From Euprymna scolopes (taxonomy: Eukaryota): a stretch of DNA of 64,000 bases. The stretch is taken from the NCBI GenBank assembly GCA_053919585.1, contig CM132813.1. One strand, 5' to 3'. Positions 35,201 through 50,200 of this stretch are shown in pieces; the stretch's first letter is position 1, and each line of letters starts with the position of its first letter. The notes beneath the pieces were generated by a model. It was not told the DNA's origin. It worked only from the letters and a program-made list of their open reading frames with translations, and did not search any database. Position numbers and translations under genes: made by a program.

Positions 35201-38200
35201 GGCTGCATTCCCAATTCTAGATTTTCATTTCTAAATTAGACTGCATTCCCAATTCTAGATTTTCATTATTCATTAGACTGCATTCCCAATTCTAGATTTT
35301 CATTTCTAAATTAGACTGCATTCCCAATGCTAGATTTTCATTTCTAAATTAGACTGCATTCCCAATTATAGATTTTCATTTCTAAATTAGACTGCATTCC
35401 CAATTCTAGATTTTCATTTCTAAATTAGACTGCATTCCCAATTCTAGATTTTCATTTCTATATTAGGCTGCATTCCCAATTCTAGATTTTCATTTCTAAA
35501 TTAGACAGCATTCCCAATTCTAGATTTTCATTATTCATTAGACTGCATTCCCAATTCTAGATTTTCATTTCTAAATTAGACTGCATTCCCAATTCTAGAT
35601 TTTTATTTCTAAATTAGACTGCATTCCCAATTCTAGATTTTCATTTCTAGATTAGGCTGCATTCCCAATTCTAGATTTTCATTTCTAAATTAGACTGCAT
35701 TCCCAATTCTAGATTTTCATTATTCATTAGACTGCATTCCCAATTCTAGATTTTCATTTCTAAATTAGACTGCATTCCCAATTCTAGATTTTCATTTCTA
35801 AATTAGACTGCATTCCCAATTCTAGATTTTCATTTCTAGATTAGGCTGCATTCCCAATTCTAGATTTTCATTTCTAAATTAGACAGCATTCCCAATTCTA
35901 GATTTTCATTTCTAAATTAGACTGCATTCCCAATTCTAGATTTTCATTTCTAAATTAGACTGCATTCCCAATTCTAGATTTTCATTTCTAAATTAGACTG
36001 CATTCCCAATTCTAGATTTTCATTTCTAGATTAGGCTGCATTCCCAATTCTAGATTTTCATTTCTAAATTAGACAGCATTCCCAATTCTAGATTTTCATT
36101 ATTCATTAGACTGCATTCCCAATTCTAGATTTTCATTTCTAAATTAGACTGCATTCCCAATTCTAGATTTTCATTTCTAAATTAGACTGCATTCCCAATT
36201 CTAGATTTTCATTTCTAAATTAGACTGCATTCCCAATTCTAGATTTTCATTTCTAAATTAGACTGCATTCCCAATTCTAGATTTTAATGTCTAAATTAGA
36301 CTGCATTCCCAATTCTAGATTTTCATTTCTAAATTAGACTGCATTCCCAATTCTAGATTTTCATTTCTAAATTAGACTGCATTCCCAATTCTAGATTTTC
36401 ATTTCTAAATTAGGCTGCATTCCCAATTCTAGATTTTCATTTCTAAATTAGACTGCATTCCCAATTCTAGATTTTCATTTCTAAATTAGACTGCATTCCC
36501 AATTTTAGATTTTCATTTCTAAATTAGACTGCATTCCCAATTCTAGATTTTCATTTCTAAATTAGACTGCATTCCCAATTCTAGATTTTCATTTCTAAAT
36601 TAGACTGCATTCCCAATTCTAGATTTTCATTTCTAGATTAGGCTGCATTCCTAATTCTAGATTTTCATTTCTAAATTAGACAGCATTCCCAATTCTAGAT
36701 TTTCATTATTAATTAGACTGCATTCCCAATTCTAGATTTTCATTTCTAAATTAGATTGCATTCCCAATTCTAGATTTTCATTTCTAAATTAGACTGCATT
36801 CCCAATTCTAGATTTTCATTTCTAAATTAGACTGCATTCCCAATTCTAGATTTTCATTTCTAAATTAGACTGCATTCCCAATTCTAGATTTTCATTTCTA
36901 AATTAGACTGCATTCCCAATTCTAGATTTTCATTTCTAGATTAGGCTGCATTCCCAATTCTAGATTTTCATTTCTAAATTAGACAGCATTCCCAATTCTA
37001 GATTTTCATTATTCATTAGACTGCATTCCCAATTCTAGATTTTCATTTCTAAATTAGACTGCATTCCCAATTCTAGATTTTCTATTTCTAAATTAGACTG
37101 CATTCCCAATTCTAGATTTTCATTTCTAAATTAGACTGCATTCCCAATTCTAGATTTTCATTTCTAAATTAGACTGCATTCCCAATTCTAGATTTTAATG
37201 TCTTAATTAGACTGCATTCCCAATTCTAGATTTTCATTTCTAAATTAGACTGCATTCCCAATTCTAGATTTTCATTTCTAAATTAGACTGCATTCCCAAT
37301 TCTAGATTTTCATTTCTAAATTAGGCTGCATTCCCAATTCTAGATTTTCATTTCTAAATTAGACTGCATTCCCCATCTAGATTTTCATTTCTAAATTAGA
37401 CTGCATTCCCAATTTTAGATTTTCATTTCTAAATTAGACTGCATTCCCAATTCTAGATTTTCATTTCTAAATTAGACTGCATTCCCAATTCTAGATTTTC
37501 ATTTCTAAATTAGACTGCATTCCCAATTCTAGATTTTCATTTCTAGATTAGGCTGCATTCCCAATTCTAGATTTTCATTTCTAAATTAGACAGCATTCCC
37601 AATTCTAGATTTTCATTATTAATTAGACTGCATTCCCAATTCTAGATTTTCATTTCTAAATTAGATTGCATTCCCAATTCTAGATTTTCATTTCTAAATT
37701 AGACTGCATTCCCAATTCTAGATTTTCATTTCTAAATTAGACTGCATTCCCAATTCTAGATTTTCATTTCTAAATTAGACTGCATTCCCAATTCTAGATT
37801 TTCATTTCTAAATTAGACTGCATTCCCAATTCTAGATTTTCATTTCTAGATTAGGCTGCATTCCCAATTCTAGATTTTCATTTCTAAATTAGACAGCATT
37901 CCCAATTCTAGATTTTCATTATTCATTAGACTGCATTCCCAATTCTAGATTTTCATTTCTAAATTAGACTGCATTCCCAATTCTAGATTTTCATTTCTAA
38001 ATTAGTCTGCATTCCCAATTCTAGATTTTCATTTCTAAATTAGACTGCATTCCCAATTCTAGATTTTCATTTCTTGATTAGGCTGCATTCCCAATTCTAG
38101 ATTTTCATTTCTAAATTAGACAGCATTCCCAATTCTAGATTTTTATTATTCATTAGACTGCATTCCCAATTCTAGATTTTCATTTCTAAATTAGACTGCA

Positions 38201-41200
38201 TTCCCAATTCTAGATTTTCATTTCTAGATTAGGCTGTATTCCCAATTCTAGATTTTCATTTCTAAATTAGACTGCATTCCCAATTCTAGATTTTCATTTC
38301 TAGATTAGGCTGCATTCCCAATTCTAGATTTTCATTTCTAAATTAGACTGCATTCCCAATTCTAGATTTTCATTTCTAAATTAGACAGCATTCCCAATTC
38401 TAGATTTTCATTTCTAAATTAGACTGCATTCCCAATTCTAGATTTTCATTTCTAAATAAGACTGCATTCCCAATTCTAGATTTTCATTTCTAAATTAGAC
38501 TGCATTCCCAATTCTAGATTTTCATTTCTAAATTAGACTGCATTCCCAATTCTAGATTTTCATTTCTAGATTAGGCTGCATTCCCAAATCTAGATTTTCA
38601 TTTCTAAATTAGACAGCATTCCCAATTCTAGATTTTCATTATTCATTAGACTGCATTCCCAATTCTAGATTTTCATTTCTAAATTAGACTGCATTCCCAA
38701 TTCTAGATTTTCATTTCTAAATTAGACTGCATTCCCAATTCTAGATTTTCATTTCTAAATTAGACTGCATTCCCAATTCTAGATTTTCATTTCTAAATTA
38801 GACTGCATTCCCAATTCTAGATTTTCATTTCTTAATTAGACTGCATTCCCAATTCTAGATTTTCATTTCTAGATTAGGCTGCATTCCCAATTCTAGATTT
38901 TCATTTCTAAATTAGACTGCATTCCCAACTCTAGATTTTCATTATTCATTAGACTGCATTCCCAATTCTAGATTTTCATTATTGATTAGACTGCATTCCC
39001 AATTCTAGATTTTCATTTCTAAATTAGACTGCATTCTCTAATTCTAGATTTTCATTTCTAAATTAGACTGCATTCCCAATTCTAGATTTTCATTTCTAAA
39101 TTAGACTGCATTCCCAATTCTAGATTTTCATTTCTAGATTAGGCTGCATTCCCAATTCTAGATTTTCATTTCTAAATTAGACAGCATTCCCAATTCTAGA
39201 TTTTCATTATTCATTAGACTGCATTCCCAATTCTAGATTTTCATTTCTAAATTAGACTGCATTCCCAATTCTAGATTTTCATTTCTAAATTAGACTGCAT
39301 TCCCAATTCTAGATTTTCATTTCTAAATTAGACTGCATTCCCAATTCTAGATTTTCATTTCTAGATTAGGCTGCATTCCCAATTCTAGATTTTCATTTCT
39401 AAATTAGACTGCATTCCCAATTTTAGATTTTCATTTCTAAATTAGACTGCATTCCCAATTCTAGATTTTCATTTCTAGATTAGGCTGCATTCCCAATTCT
39501 AGATTTTCATTTCTAAATTAGACAGCATTCCCAATTCTAGATTTTCATTATTCATTAGACTGCATTCCCAATTCTAGATTTTCATTTCTAAATTAGATTG
39601 CATTCCCAATTCTAGATTTTCATTTCTAAATTAGACTGCATTCCCAATTCTAGATTTTCATTTCTAAATTAGACTGCATTCCCAATTCTAGATTTTCATT
39701 TCTAAATTAGACTGCATTCCCAATTCTAGATTTTCATTTCTAAATTAGACTGCATTCCCAATTCTAGATTTTCATTTCTAGATTAGGCTGCATTCCCAAT
39801 TCTAGATTTTCATTTCTAAATTATACAGCATTCCCAATTCTAGATTTTCATTATTCATTAGACTGCATTCCCAATTCTAGATTTTCATTTCTAAATTAGA
39901 CTGCATTCCCAATTCTAGATTTTCATTTCTAAATTAGTCTGCATTCCCAATTCTAGATTTTCATTTCTAAATTAGACTGCATTCCCAATTCTAGATTTTC
40001 ATTTCTTGATTAGGCTGCATTCCCAATTCTAGATTTTCATTTCTAAATTAGACAGCATTCCCAATTCTAGATTTTCATTATTCATTAGACTGCATTCCCA
40101 ATTCTAGATTTTCATTTCTAAATTAGACTGCATTCCCAATTCTAGATTTTCATTTCTAGATTAGGCTGCATTCCCAATTCTAGATTTTCATTTCTAAATT
40201 AGACTGCATTCCCAATTCTAGATTTTCATTTCTAGATTAGGCTGCATTCCCAATTCTAGATTTTCATTTCTAAATTAGACTGCATTCCCAATTCTAGATT
40301 TTCATTTCTAAATTAGACAGCATTCCCAATTCTAGATTTTCATTTCTAAATTAGACTGCATTCCCAATTCTAGATTTTCATTTCTAAATTAGACTGCATT
40401 CCCAATTCTAGATTTTCATTTCTAAATTAGACTGCATTCCCAATTCTAGATTTTCATTTCTAAATAAGACTGCATTCCCAATTCTAGATTTTCATTTCTA
40501 GATTAGGCTGCATTCCCAATTCTAGATTTTCATTTCTAAATTAGACAGCATTCCCAATTCTAGATTTTCATTATTCATTAGACTGCATTCCCAATTCTAG
40601 ATTTTCATTTCTAAATTAGACTGCATTCCCAATTCTAGATTTTCATTTCTAAATTAGACTGCATTCCCAATTCTAGATTTTCATTTCTAAATTAGACTGC
40701 ATTCCCAATTCTAGATATTCATTTCTAAATTAGACTGCATTCCCAATTCTAGATTTTCATTTCTAGATTAGGCTGCATTCCCAATTCTAGATTTTCATTT
40801 CTAAATTAGACAGCATTCCCAATTCTAGATTTTCATTATTCATTAGACTGCATTCCCAATTCTAGATTTTCATTTCTAAATTAGACTGCATTCCCAATTC
40901 TAGATTTTCATTTCTAAATTAGACAGCATTCCCAATTCTAGATTTTCATTATTCATTAGACTGCATTCCCAATTCTAGATTTTCATTTCTAAATTAGACT
41001 GCATTCCCAATTCTAGATTTTCATTTCTAAATTAGTCTGCATTCCCAATTCTAGATTTTCATTTCTAAATTAGACTGCATTCCCAATTCTAGATTTTCAT
41101 TTCTTGATTAGGCTGCATTCCCAATTCTAGATTTTCATTTCTAAATTAGACAGCATTCCCAATTCTAGATTTTCATTATTCATTAGACTGCATTCCCAAT

Positions 41201-44200
41201 TCTAGATTTTCATTTCTAAATTAGACTGCATTCCCAATTCTAGATTTTCATTTCTAGATTAGGCTGCATTCCCAATTCTAGATTTTCATTTCTAAATTAG
41301 ACTGCATTCCCAATTCTAGATTTTCATTTCTAGATTAGGCTGCATTCCCAATTCTAGATTTTCATTTCTAAATTAGACTGCATTCCCAATTCTAGATTTT
41401 CATTTCTAAATTAGACAGCATTCCCAATTCTAGATTTTCATTTCTAAATTAGACTGCATTCCCAATTCTAGATTTTCATTTCTAAATTAGACTGCATTCC
41501 CAATTCTAGATTTTCATTTCTAAATTAGACTGCATTCCCAATTCTAGATTTTCATTTCTAAATTAGACTGCATTCCCAATTCTAGATTTTCATTTCTAGA
41601 TTAGGCTGCATTCCCAAATCTAGATTTTCATTTCCAAATTAGACAGCATTCCCAATTCTAGATTTTCATTATTCATTAGACTGCATTCCCAATTCTAGAT
41701 TTTCATTTCTAAATTAGACTGCATTCCCAATTCTAGATTTTCATTTCTAAATTAGACTGCATTCCCAATTCTAGATTTTCATTTCTAAATTAGACTGCAT
41801 TCCCAATTCTAGATTTTCATTTCTAAATTAGACTGCATTCCCAATTCTAGATTTTCATTTCTAAATTAGACTGCATTCCCAATTCTAGATTTTCATTTCT
41901 AGATTAGGCTGCATTCCCAATTCTAGATTTTCATTTCTAAATTAGACTGCATTCCCAACTCTAGATTTTCATTATTCATTAGACTGCATTCCCAATTCTA
42001 GATTTTCATTATTGATTAGACTGCATTCCCAATTCTAGATTTTCATTTCTAAATTAGACTGCATTCCCAATTCTAGATTTTCATTTCTAAATTAGACTGC
42101 ATTCCCAATTCTAGATTTTCATTTCTAAATTAGACTGCATTCCCAATTCTAGATTTTCATTTCTAGATTAGGCTGCATTCCCAATTCTAGATTTTCATTT
42201 CTAAATTAGACAGCATTCCCAATTCTAGATTTTCATTATTCATTAGACTGCATTCCCAATTCTAGATTTTCATTTCTAAATTAGACTGACATTCCCAATT
42301 CTAGATTTTCATTTCTAAATTAGACTGCATTCCCAATTCTAGATTTTCATTTCTAAATTAGACTGCATTCCCAATTCTAGATTTTCATTTCTAGATTAGG
42401 CTGCATTCCCAATTCTAGATTTTCATTTCTAAATTAGACTGCATTCCCAATTTTAGATTTTCATTTCTAAATTAGACTGCATTCCCAATTCTAGATTTTC
42501 ATTTCTAAATTAGACTGCATTCCCAATTCTAGATTTTCATTTCTAAATTAGACTGCATTCCCAATTCTAGATTTTCATTTCTAGATTAGGCTGCATTCCC
42601 AATTCTAGATTTTCATTTCTAAATTAGACAGCATTCCCAATTCTAGATTTTCATTATTCATTAGACTGCATTCCCAATTCTAGATTTTCATTTCTAAATT
42701 AGATTGCATTCCCAATTCTAGATTTTCATTTCTAAATTAGACTGCATTCCCAATTCTAGATTTTCATTTCTAAATTAGACTGCATTCCCAATTCTAGATT
42801 TTCATTTCTAAATTAGACTGCATTCCCAATTCTAGATTTTCATTTCTAAATTAGACTGCATTCCCAATTCTAGATTTTCATTTCTAGATTAGGCTGCATT
42901 CCCAATTCTAGATTTTCATTTCTAAATTATACAGCATTCCCAATTCTAGATTTTCATTATTCATTAGACTGCATTCCCAATTCTAGATTTTCATTTCTAA
43001 ATTAGACTGCATTCCCAATTCTAGATTTTCATTTCTAAATTAGTCTGCATTCCCAATTCTAGATTTTCATTTCTAAATTAGACTGCATTCCCAATTCTAG
43101 ATTTTCATTTCTTGATTAGGCTGCATTCCCAATTCTAGATTTTCATTTCTAAATTAGACAGCATTCCCAATTCTAGATTTTCATTATTCATTAGACTGCA
43201 TTCCCAATTCTAGATTTTCATTTCTAAATTAGACTGCATTCCCAATTCTAGATTTTCATTTCTAGATTAGGCTGCATTCCCAATTCTAGATTTTCATTTC
43301 TAAATTAGACTGCATTCCCAATTCTAGATTTTCATTTCTAGATTAGGCTGCATTCCCAATTCTAGATTTTCATTTCTAAATTAGACTGCATTCCCAATTC
43401 TAGATTTTCATTTCTAAATTAGAGAGCATTCCCAATTCTAGATTTTCATTTCTAAATTAGACTGCATTCCCAATTCTAGATTTTCATTTCTAAATTAGAC
43501 TGCATTCCCAATTCTAGATTTTCATTTCTAAATTAGACTGCATTCCCAATTCTAGATTTTCATTTCTAAATAAGACTGCATTCCCAATTCTAGATTTTCA
43601 TTTCTAGATTAGGCTGCATTCCCAATTCTAGATTTTCATTTCTAAATTAGACAGCATTCCCAATTCTAGATTTTCATTATTCATTAGACTGCATTCCCAA
43701 TTCTAGATTTTCATTTCTAAATTAGACTGCATTCCCAATTCTAGATTTTCATTTCTAAATTAGACTGCATTCCCAATTCTAGATTTTCATTTCTAAATTA
43801 GACTGCATTCCCAATTCTAGATATTCATTTCTAAATTAGACTGCATTCCCAATTCTAGATTTTCATTTCTAGATTAGGCTGCATTCCCAATTCTAGATTT
43901 TCATTTCTAAATTAGACAGCATTCCCAATTCTAGATTTTCATTATTCATTAGACTGCATTCCCAATTCTAGATTTTCATTTCTAAATTAGACTGCATTCC
44001 CAATTCTAGATTTTCATTTCTAAATTAGACTGCATTCCCAATTCTAGATTTTCATTATTCATTAGACTGCATTCCCAATTCTAGATTTTCATTTCTAAAT
44101 TAGACTGCATTCCCAATTCTAGATTTTCATTTCCAAATTAGACTGCATTCCCAATTCTAGATTTTCATTTCTAGATTAGGCTGCATTCCCAATTCTAGAT

Positions 44201-47200
44201 TTTCATTTCTAAATTAGACTGCATTCCCAATTCTAGATTTTCATTATTCATTAGACTGCATTCCCAATTCTAGATTTTCATTTCTAAATTAGACTGCATT
44301 CCCAATGCTAGATTTTCATTTCTAAATTAGACTGCATTCCCAATTATAGATTTTCATTTCTAAATTAGACTGCATTCCTAATTCTAGATTTTCATTTCTA
44401 AATTAGACTGCATTCCCAATTCTAGATTTTCATTTCTAGATTAGGCTGCATTCCCAATTCTAGATTTTCATTTCTAAATTAGACAGCATTCCCAATTCTA
44501 GATTTTCATTATTCATTAGACTGCATTCCCAATTCTAGATTTTAATTTCTAAATTAGACTGCATTCCCAATTCTAGATTTTCATTTCTAAATTAGACTGC
44601 ATTCCCAATTCTAGATTTTCATTTCTAGATTAGGCTGCATTCCCAATTCTAGATTTTCATTTCTAAATTTGACTGCATTCCCAATTCTAGATTTTCATTA
44701 TTCATTAGACTGCATTCCCAATTCTAGATTTTCATTATTCATTAGACTGCATTCCCAATTCTAGATTTTCATTTCTAAATTAGACTGCATTCCCAATTCT
44801 AGATTTTCATTTCCAAATTAGACTGCATTCCCAATTATAGATTTTCATTTCTAAATTAGACAGCATTCCCAATTCTAGATTTTCATTATTCATTAGACTG
44901 CATTCCCAATTCTAGATTTTCATTTCTAAATTAGACTGCATTCCCAATTCTAGATTTTCATTTCTAAATTAGACTGCATTCCCAATTCTAGATTTTCATT
45001 TCTAGATTAGGCTGCATTCCCAATTCTAGATTTTCATTTCTAAATTAGACTGCATTCCCAATTCTAGATTTTCATAATTCATTAGACTGCATTCCCAATT
45101 CTAGATTTTCATTATTCATTAGACTGCATTCCCAATTCTAGATTTTCATTTCTAAATTAGACTGCATTCCCAATTCTAGATTTTCATTTCTAAATTAGAC
45201 TGCATTCCCAATTCTAGATTTTCATTTCTAAATTAGACTGCATTCCCAATTCTAGATTTTCATTTCTAGATTAGGCTGCATTCCCAATTCTAGATTTTCA
45301 TTTCTAAATTAGACAGCATTCCCAATTCTAGATTTTCATTATTCATTAGACTGCATTCCCAATTCTAGATTTTCATTTCTAAATTAGACTGCATTCCCAA
45401 TTCTAGATTTTCATTTCTAAATTAGACTGCATTCCCAATTCTAGATTTTCATTTCTAGATTAGGCTGCATTCCCAATTCTAGATTTTCATTTCTAAATTA
45501 GACTGCATTCCCAATTCTAGATTTTCATTATTCATTAGACTGCATTCCCAATTCTAGATTTTCATTTCTAAATTAGACTGCATTCCCAATGCTAGATTTT
45601 CATTTCTAAATTAGACTGCATTCCCAATTATAGATTTTCATTTCTAAATTAGACTGCATTCCCAATTCTAGATTTTCATTTCTAAATTAGACTGCATTCC
45701 CAATTCTAGATTTTCATTTCTATATTAGGCTGCATTCCCAATTCTAGATTTTCATTTCTAAATTAGACAGCATTCCCAATTCTAGATTTTCATTATTCAT
45801 TAGACTGCATTCCCAATTCTAGATTTTCATTTCTAAATTAGACTGCATTCCCAATTCTAGATTTTCATTTCTAAATTAGACTGCATTCCCAATTCTAGAT
45901 TTTCATTTCTAGATTAGGCTGCATTCCCAATTCTAGATTTTCATTTCTAAATTAGACTGCATTCCCAATTCTAGATTTTCATTATTCATTAGACTGCATT
46001 CCCAATTCTAGATTTTCATTTCTAAATTAGACTGCATTCCCAATTCTAGATTTTCATTTCTTGATTAGGCTGCATTCCCAATTCTAGATTTTCATTTCTA
46101 AATTAGACTGCATTCCCAATTCTAGATTTTCATTTCTAAATTAGACTGCATTCCCAATTCTAGATTTTCATTTCTAGATTAGGCTGCATTCCCAATTCTA
46201 GATTTTCATTTCTAAATTAGACAGCATTCCCAATTCTAGATTTTCATTATTCATTAGACTGCATTCCCAATTCTAGATTTTCATTTCTAAATTAGACTGC
46301 ATTCCCAATTCTAGATTTTCATTTCTAAATTAGACTGCATTCCCAATTCTAGATTTTCATTTCTAGATTAGGCTGCATTCCCAATTCTAGATTTTCATTT
46401 CTAAATTAGACAGCATTCCCAATTCTAGATTTTCATTTCTAAATTAGACTGCATTCCCAATTCTAGATTTTCATTTCTAAATTAGACTGCATTCCCAATT
46501 CTAGATTTTCATTTCTAAATTAGACTGCATTCCCAATTCTAGATTTTCATTTCTAGATTAGGCTGCATTCCCAATTCTAGATTTTCATTTCTAAATTAGA
46601 CAGCATTCCCAATTCTAGATTTTCATTATTCATTAGACTGCATTCCCAATTCTAGATTTTCATTTCTAAATTAGACTGCATTCCCAATTCTAGATTTTCA
46701 TTTCTAAATTAGACTGCATTCCCAATTCTAGATTTTCATTTCTAAATTAGACTGCATTCCCAATTCTAGATTTTCATTTCTAAATTAGACTGCATTCCCA
46801 ATTCTAGATTTTAATGTCTAAATTAGACTGCATTCCCAATTCTAGATTTTCATTTCTAAATTAGACTGCATTCCCAATTCTAGATTTTCATTTCTAAATT
46901 AGACTGCATTCCCAATTCTAGATTTTCATTTCTAAATTAGGCTGCATTCCCAATTCTAGATTTTCATTTCTAAATTAGACTGCATTCCCCATCTAGATTT
47001 TCATTTCTAAATTAGACTGCATTCCCAATTTTAGATTTTCATTTCTAAATTAGACTGCATTCCCAATTCTAGATTTTCATTTCTAAATTAGACTGCATTC
47101 CCAATTCTAGATTTTCATTTCTAAATTAGACTGCATTCCCAATTCTAGATTTTCATTTCTAGATTAGGCTGCATTCCCAATTCTAGATTTTCATTTCTAA

Positions 47201-50200
47201 ATTAGACAGCATTCCCAATTCTAGATTTTCATTATTCATTAGACTGCATTCCCAATTCTAGATTTTCATTTCTAAATTAGATTGCATTCCCAATTCTAGA
47301 TTTTCATTTCTAAATTAGACTGCATTCCCAATTCTAGATTTTCATTTCTAAATTAGACTGCATTCCCAATTCTAGATTTTCATTTCTAAATTAGACTGCA
47401 TTCCCAATTCTAGATTTTCATTTCTAAATTAGACTGCATTCCCAATTCTAGATTTTCATTTCTAGATTAGGCTGCATTCCCAATTCTAGATTTTCATTTC
47501 TAAATTAGACAGCATTCCCAATTCTAGATTTTCATTATTCATTAGACTGCATTCCCAATTCTAGATTTTCATTTCTAAATTAGACTGCATTCCCAATTCT
47601 AGATTTTCATTTCTAAATTAGTCTGCATTCCCAATTCTAGATTTTCATTTCTAAATTAGACTGCATTCCCAATTCTAGATTTTCATTTCTTGATTAGGCT
47701 GCATTCCCAATTCTAGATTTTCATTTCTAAATTAGACAGCATTCCCAATTCTAGATTTTCATTATTCATTAGACTGCATTCCCAATTCTAGATTTTAATT
47801 TCTAAATTAGACTGCATTCCCAATTCTAGATTTTCATTTCTAGATTAGGCTGCATTCCCAATTCTAGATTTTCATTTCTAAATTAGACTGCATTCCCAAT
47901 TCTAGATTTTCATTTCTAGATTAGGCTGCATTCCCAATTCTAGATTTTCATTTCTAAATTAGACTGCATTCCCAATTCTAGATTTTCATTTCTAAATTAG
48001 ACAGCATTCCCAATTCTAGATTTTCATTTCTAAATTAGACTGCATTCCCAATTCTAGATTTTCATTTCTAAATTAGACTGCATTCCCAATTCTAGATTTT
48101 CATTACTAAATTAGACTGCATTCCCAATTCTAGATTTTCATTTCTAAATTAGACTGCATTCCCAATTCTAGATTTTCATTTCTAGATTAGGCTGCATTCC
48201 CAATTCTAGATTTTCATTTCTAAATAAGACAGCATTCCCAATTCTAGATTTTCATTATTCATTAGACTGCATTCCCAATTCTAGATTTTCATTTCTAAAT
48301 TAGACTGCATTCCCAATTCTAGATTTTCATTTCTAAATTAGACTGCATTCCCAATTCTAGATATTCATTTCTAAATTAGACTGCATTCCCAATTCTAGAT
48401 TTTCATTTCTAAATTAGACTGCATTCCCAATTCTAGATTTTCATTTCTAGATTAGGCTGCATTCCCAATTCTAGATTTTCATTTCTAAATTAGACTGCAT
48501 TCCCAACTCTAGATTTTCATTATTCATTAGACTGCATTCCCAATTCTAGATTTTCATTATTCATTAGACTGCATTCCCAATTCTAGATTTTCATTTCTAA
48601 ATTAGACTGCATTCCCAATTCTAGATTTTCATTTCTAAATTAGACTGCATTCCCAATTCTAGATTTTCATTTCTAGATTAGGCTGCATTCCCAATTCTAG
48701 ATTTTCATTTCTAAATTAGACTGCATTCCCAATTCTAGATTTTCATTTCTAGATTAGGCTGCATTCCCAATTCTAGATTTTCATTTCTAAATTAGACTGC
48801 ATTCCCAATTCTAGATTTTCATTTCTAAATTAGACAGCATTCCCAATTCTAGATTTTCATTTCTAAATTAGACTGCATTCCCAATTCTAGATTTTCATTT
48901 CTAAATTAGACTGCATTCCCAATTCTAGATTTTCATTTCTAAATTAGACTGCATTCCCAATTCTAGATTTTCATTTCTAAATTAGACTGCATTCCCAATT
49001 CTAGATTTTCATTTCTAGATTAGGCTGCATTCCCAAATCTAGATTTTCATTTCCAAATTAGACAGCATTCCCAATTCTAGATTTTCATTATTCATTAGAC
49101 TGCATTCCCAATTCTAGATTTTCATTTCTAAATTAGACTGCATTCCCAATTCTAGATTTTCATTTCTAAATTAGACTGCATTCCCAATTCTAGATTTTCA
49201 TTTCTAAATTAGACTGCATTCCCAATTCTAGATTTTCATTTCTAAATTAGACTGCATTCCCAATTCTAGATTTTCATTTCTAAATTAGACTGCATTCCCA
49301 ATTCTAGATTTTCATTTCTAGATTAGGCTGCATTCCCAATTCTAGATTTTCATTTCTAAATTAGACTGCATTCCCAACTCTAGATTTTCATTATTCATTA
49401 GACTGCATTCCCAATTCTAGATTTTCATTATTGATTAGACTGCATTCCCAATTCTAGATTTTCATTTCTAAATTAGACTGCATTCCCAATTCTAGATTTT
49501 CATTTCTAAATTAGACTGCATTCCCAATTCTAGATTTTCATTTCTAAATTAGACTGCATTCCCAATTCTAGATTTTCATTTCTAGATTAGGCTGCATTCC
49601 CAATTCTAGATTTTCATTTCTAAATTAGACAGCATTCCCAATTCTAGATTTTCATTATTCATTAGACTGCATTCCCAATTCTAGATTTTCATTTCTAAAT
49701 TAGACTGACATTCCCAATTCTAGATTTTCATTTCTAAATTAGACTGCATTCCCAATTCTAGATTTTCATTTCTAAATTAGACTGCATTCCCAATTCTAGA
49801 TTTTCATTTCTAGATTAGGCTGCATTCCCAATTCTAGATTTTCATTTCTAAATTAGACTGCATTCCCAATTTTAGATTTTCATTTCTAAATTAGACTGCA
49901 TTCCCAATTCTAGATTTTTATTTCTAAATTAGACTGCATTCCCAATTCTAGATTTTCATTTCTAAATTAGACTGCATTCCCAATTCTAGATTTTCATTTC
50001 TAGATTAGGCTGCATTCCCAATTCTAGATTTTCATTTCTAAATTAGACAGCATTCCCAATTTTAGATTTTCATTATTCATTAGACTGCATTCCCAATTCT
50101 AGATTTTCATTTCTAAATTAGATTGCATTCCCAATTCTAGATTTTCATTTCTAAATTAGACTGCATTCCCAATTCTAGATTTTCATTTCTAAATTAGACT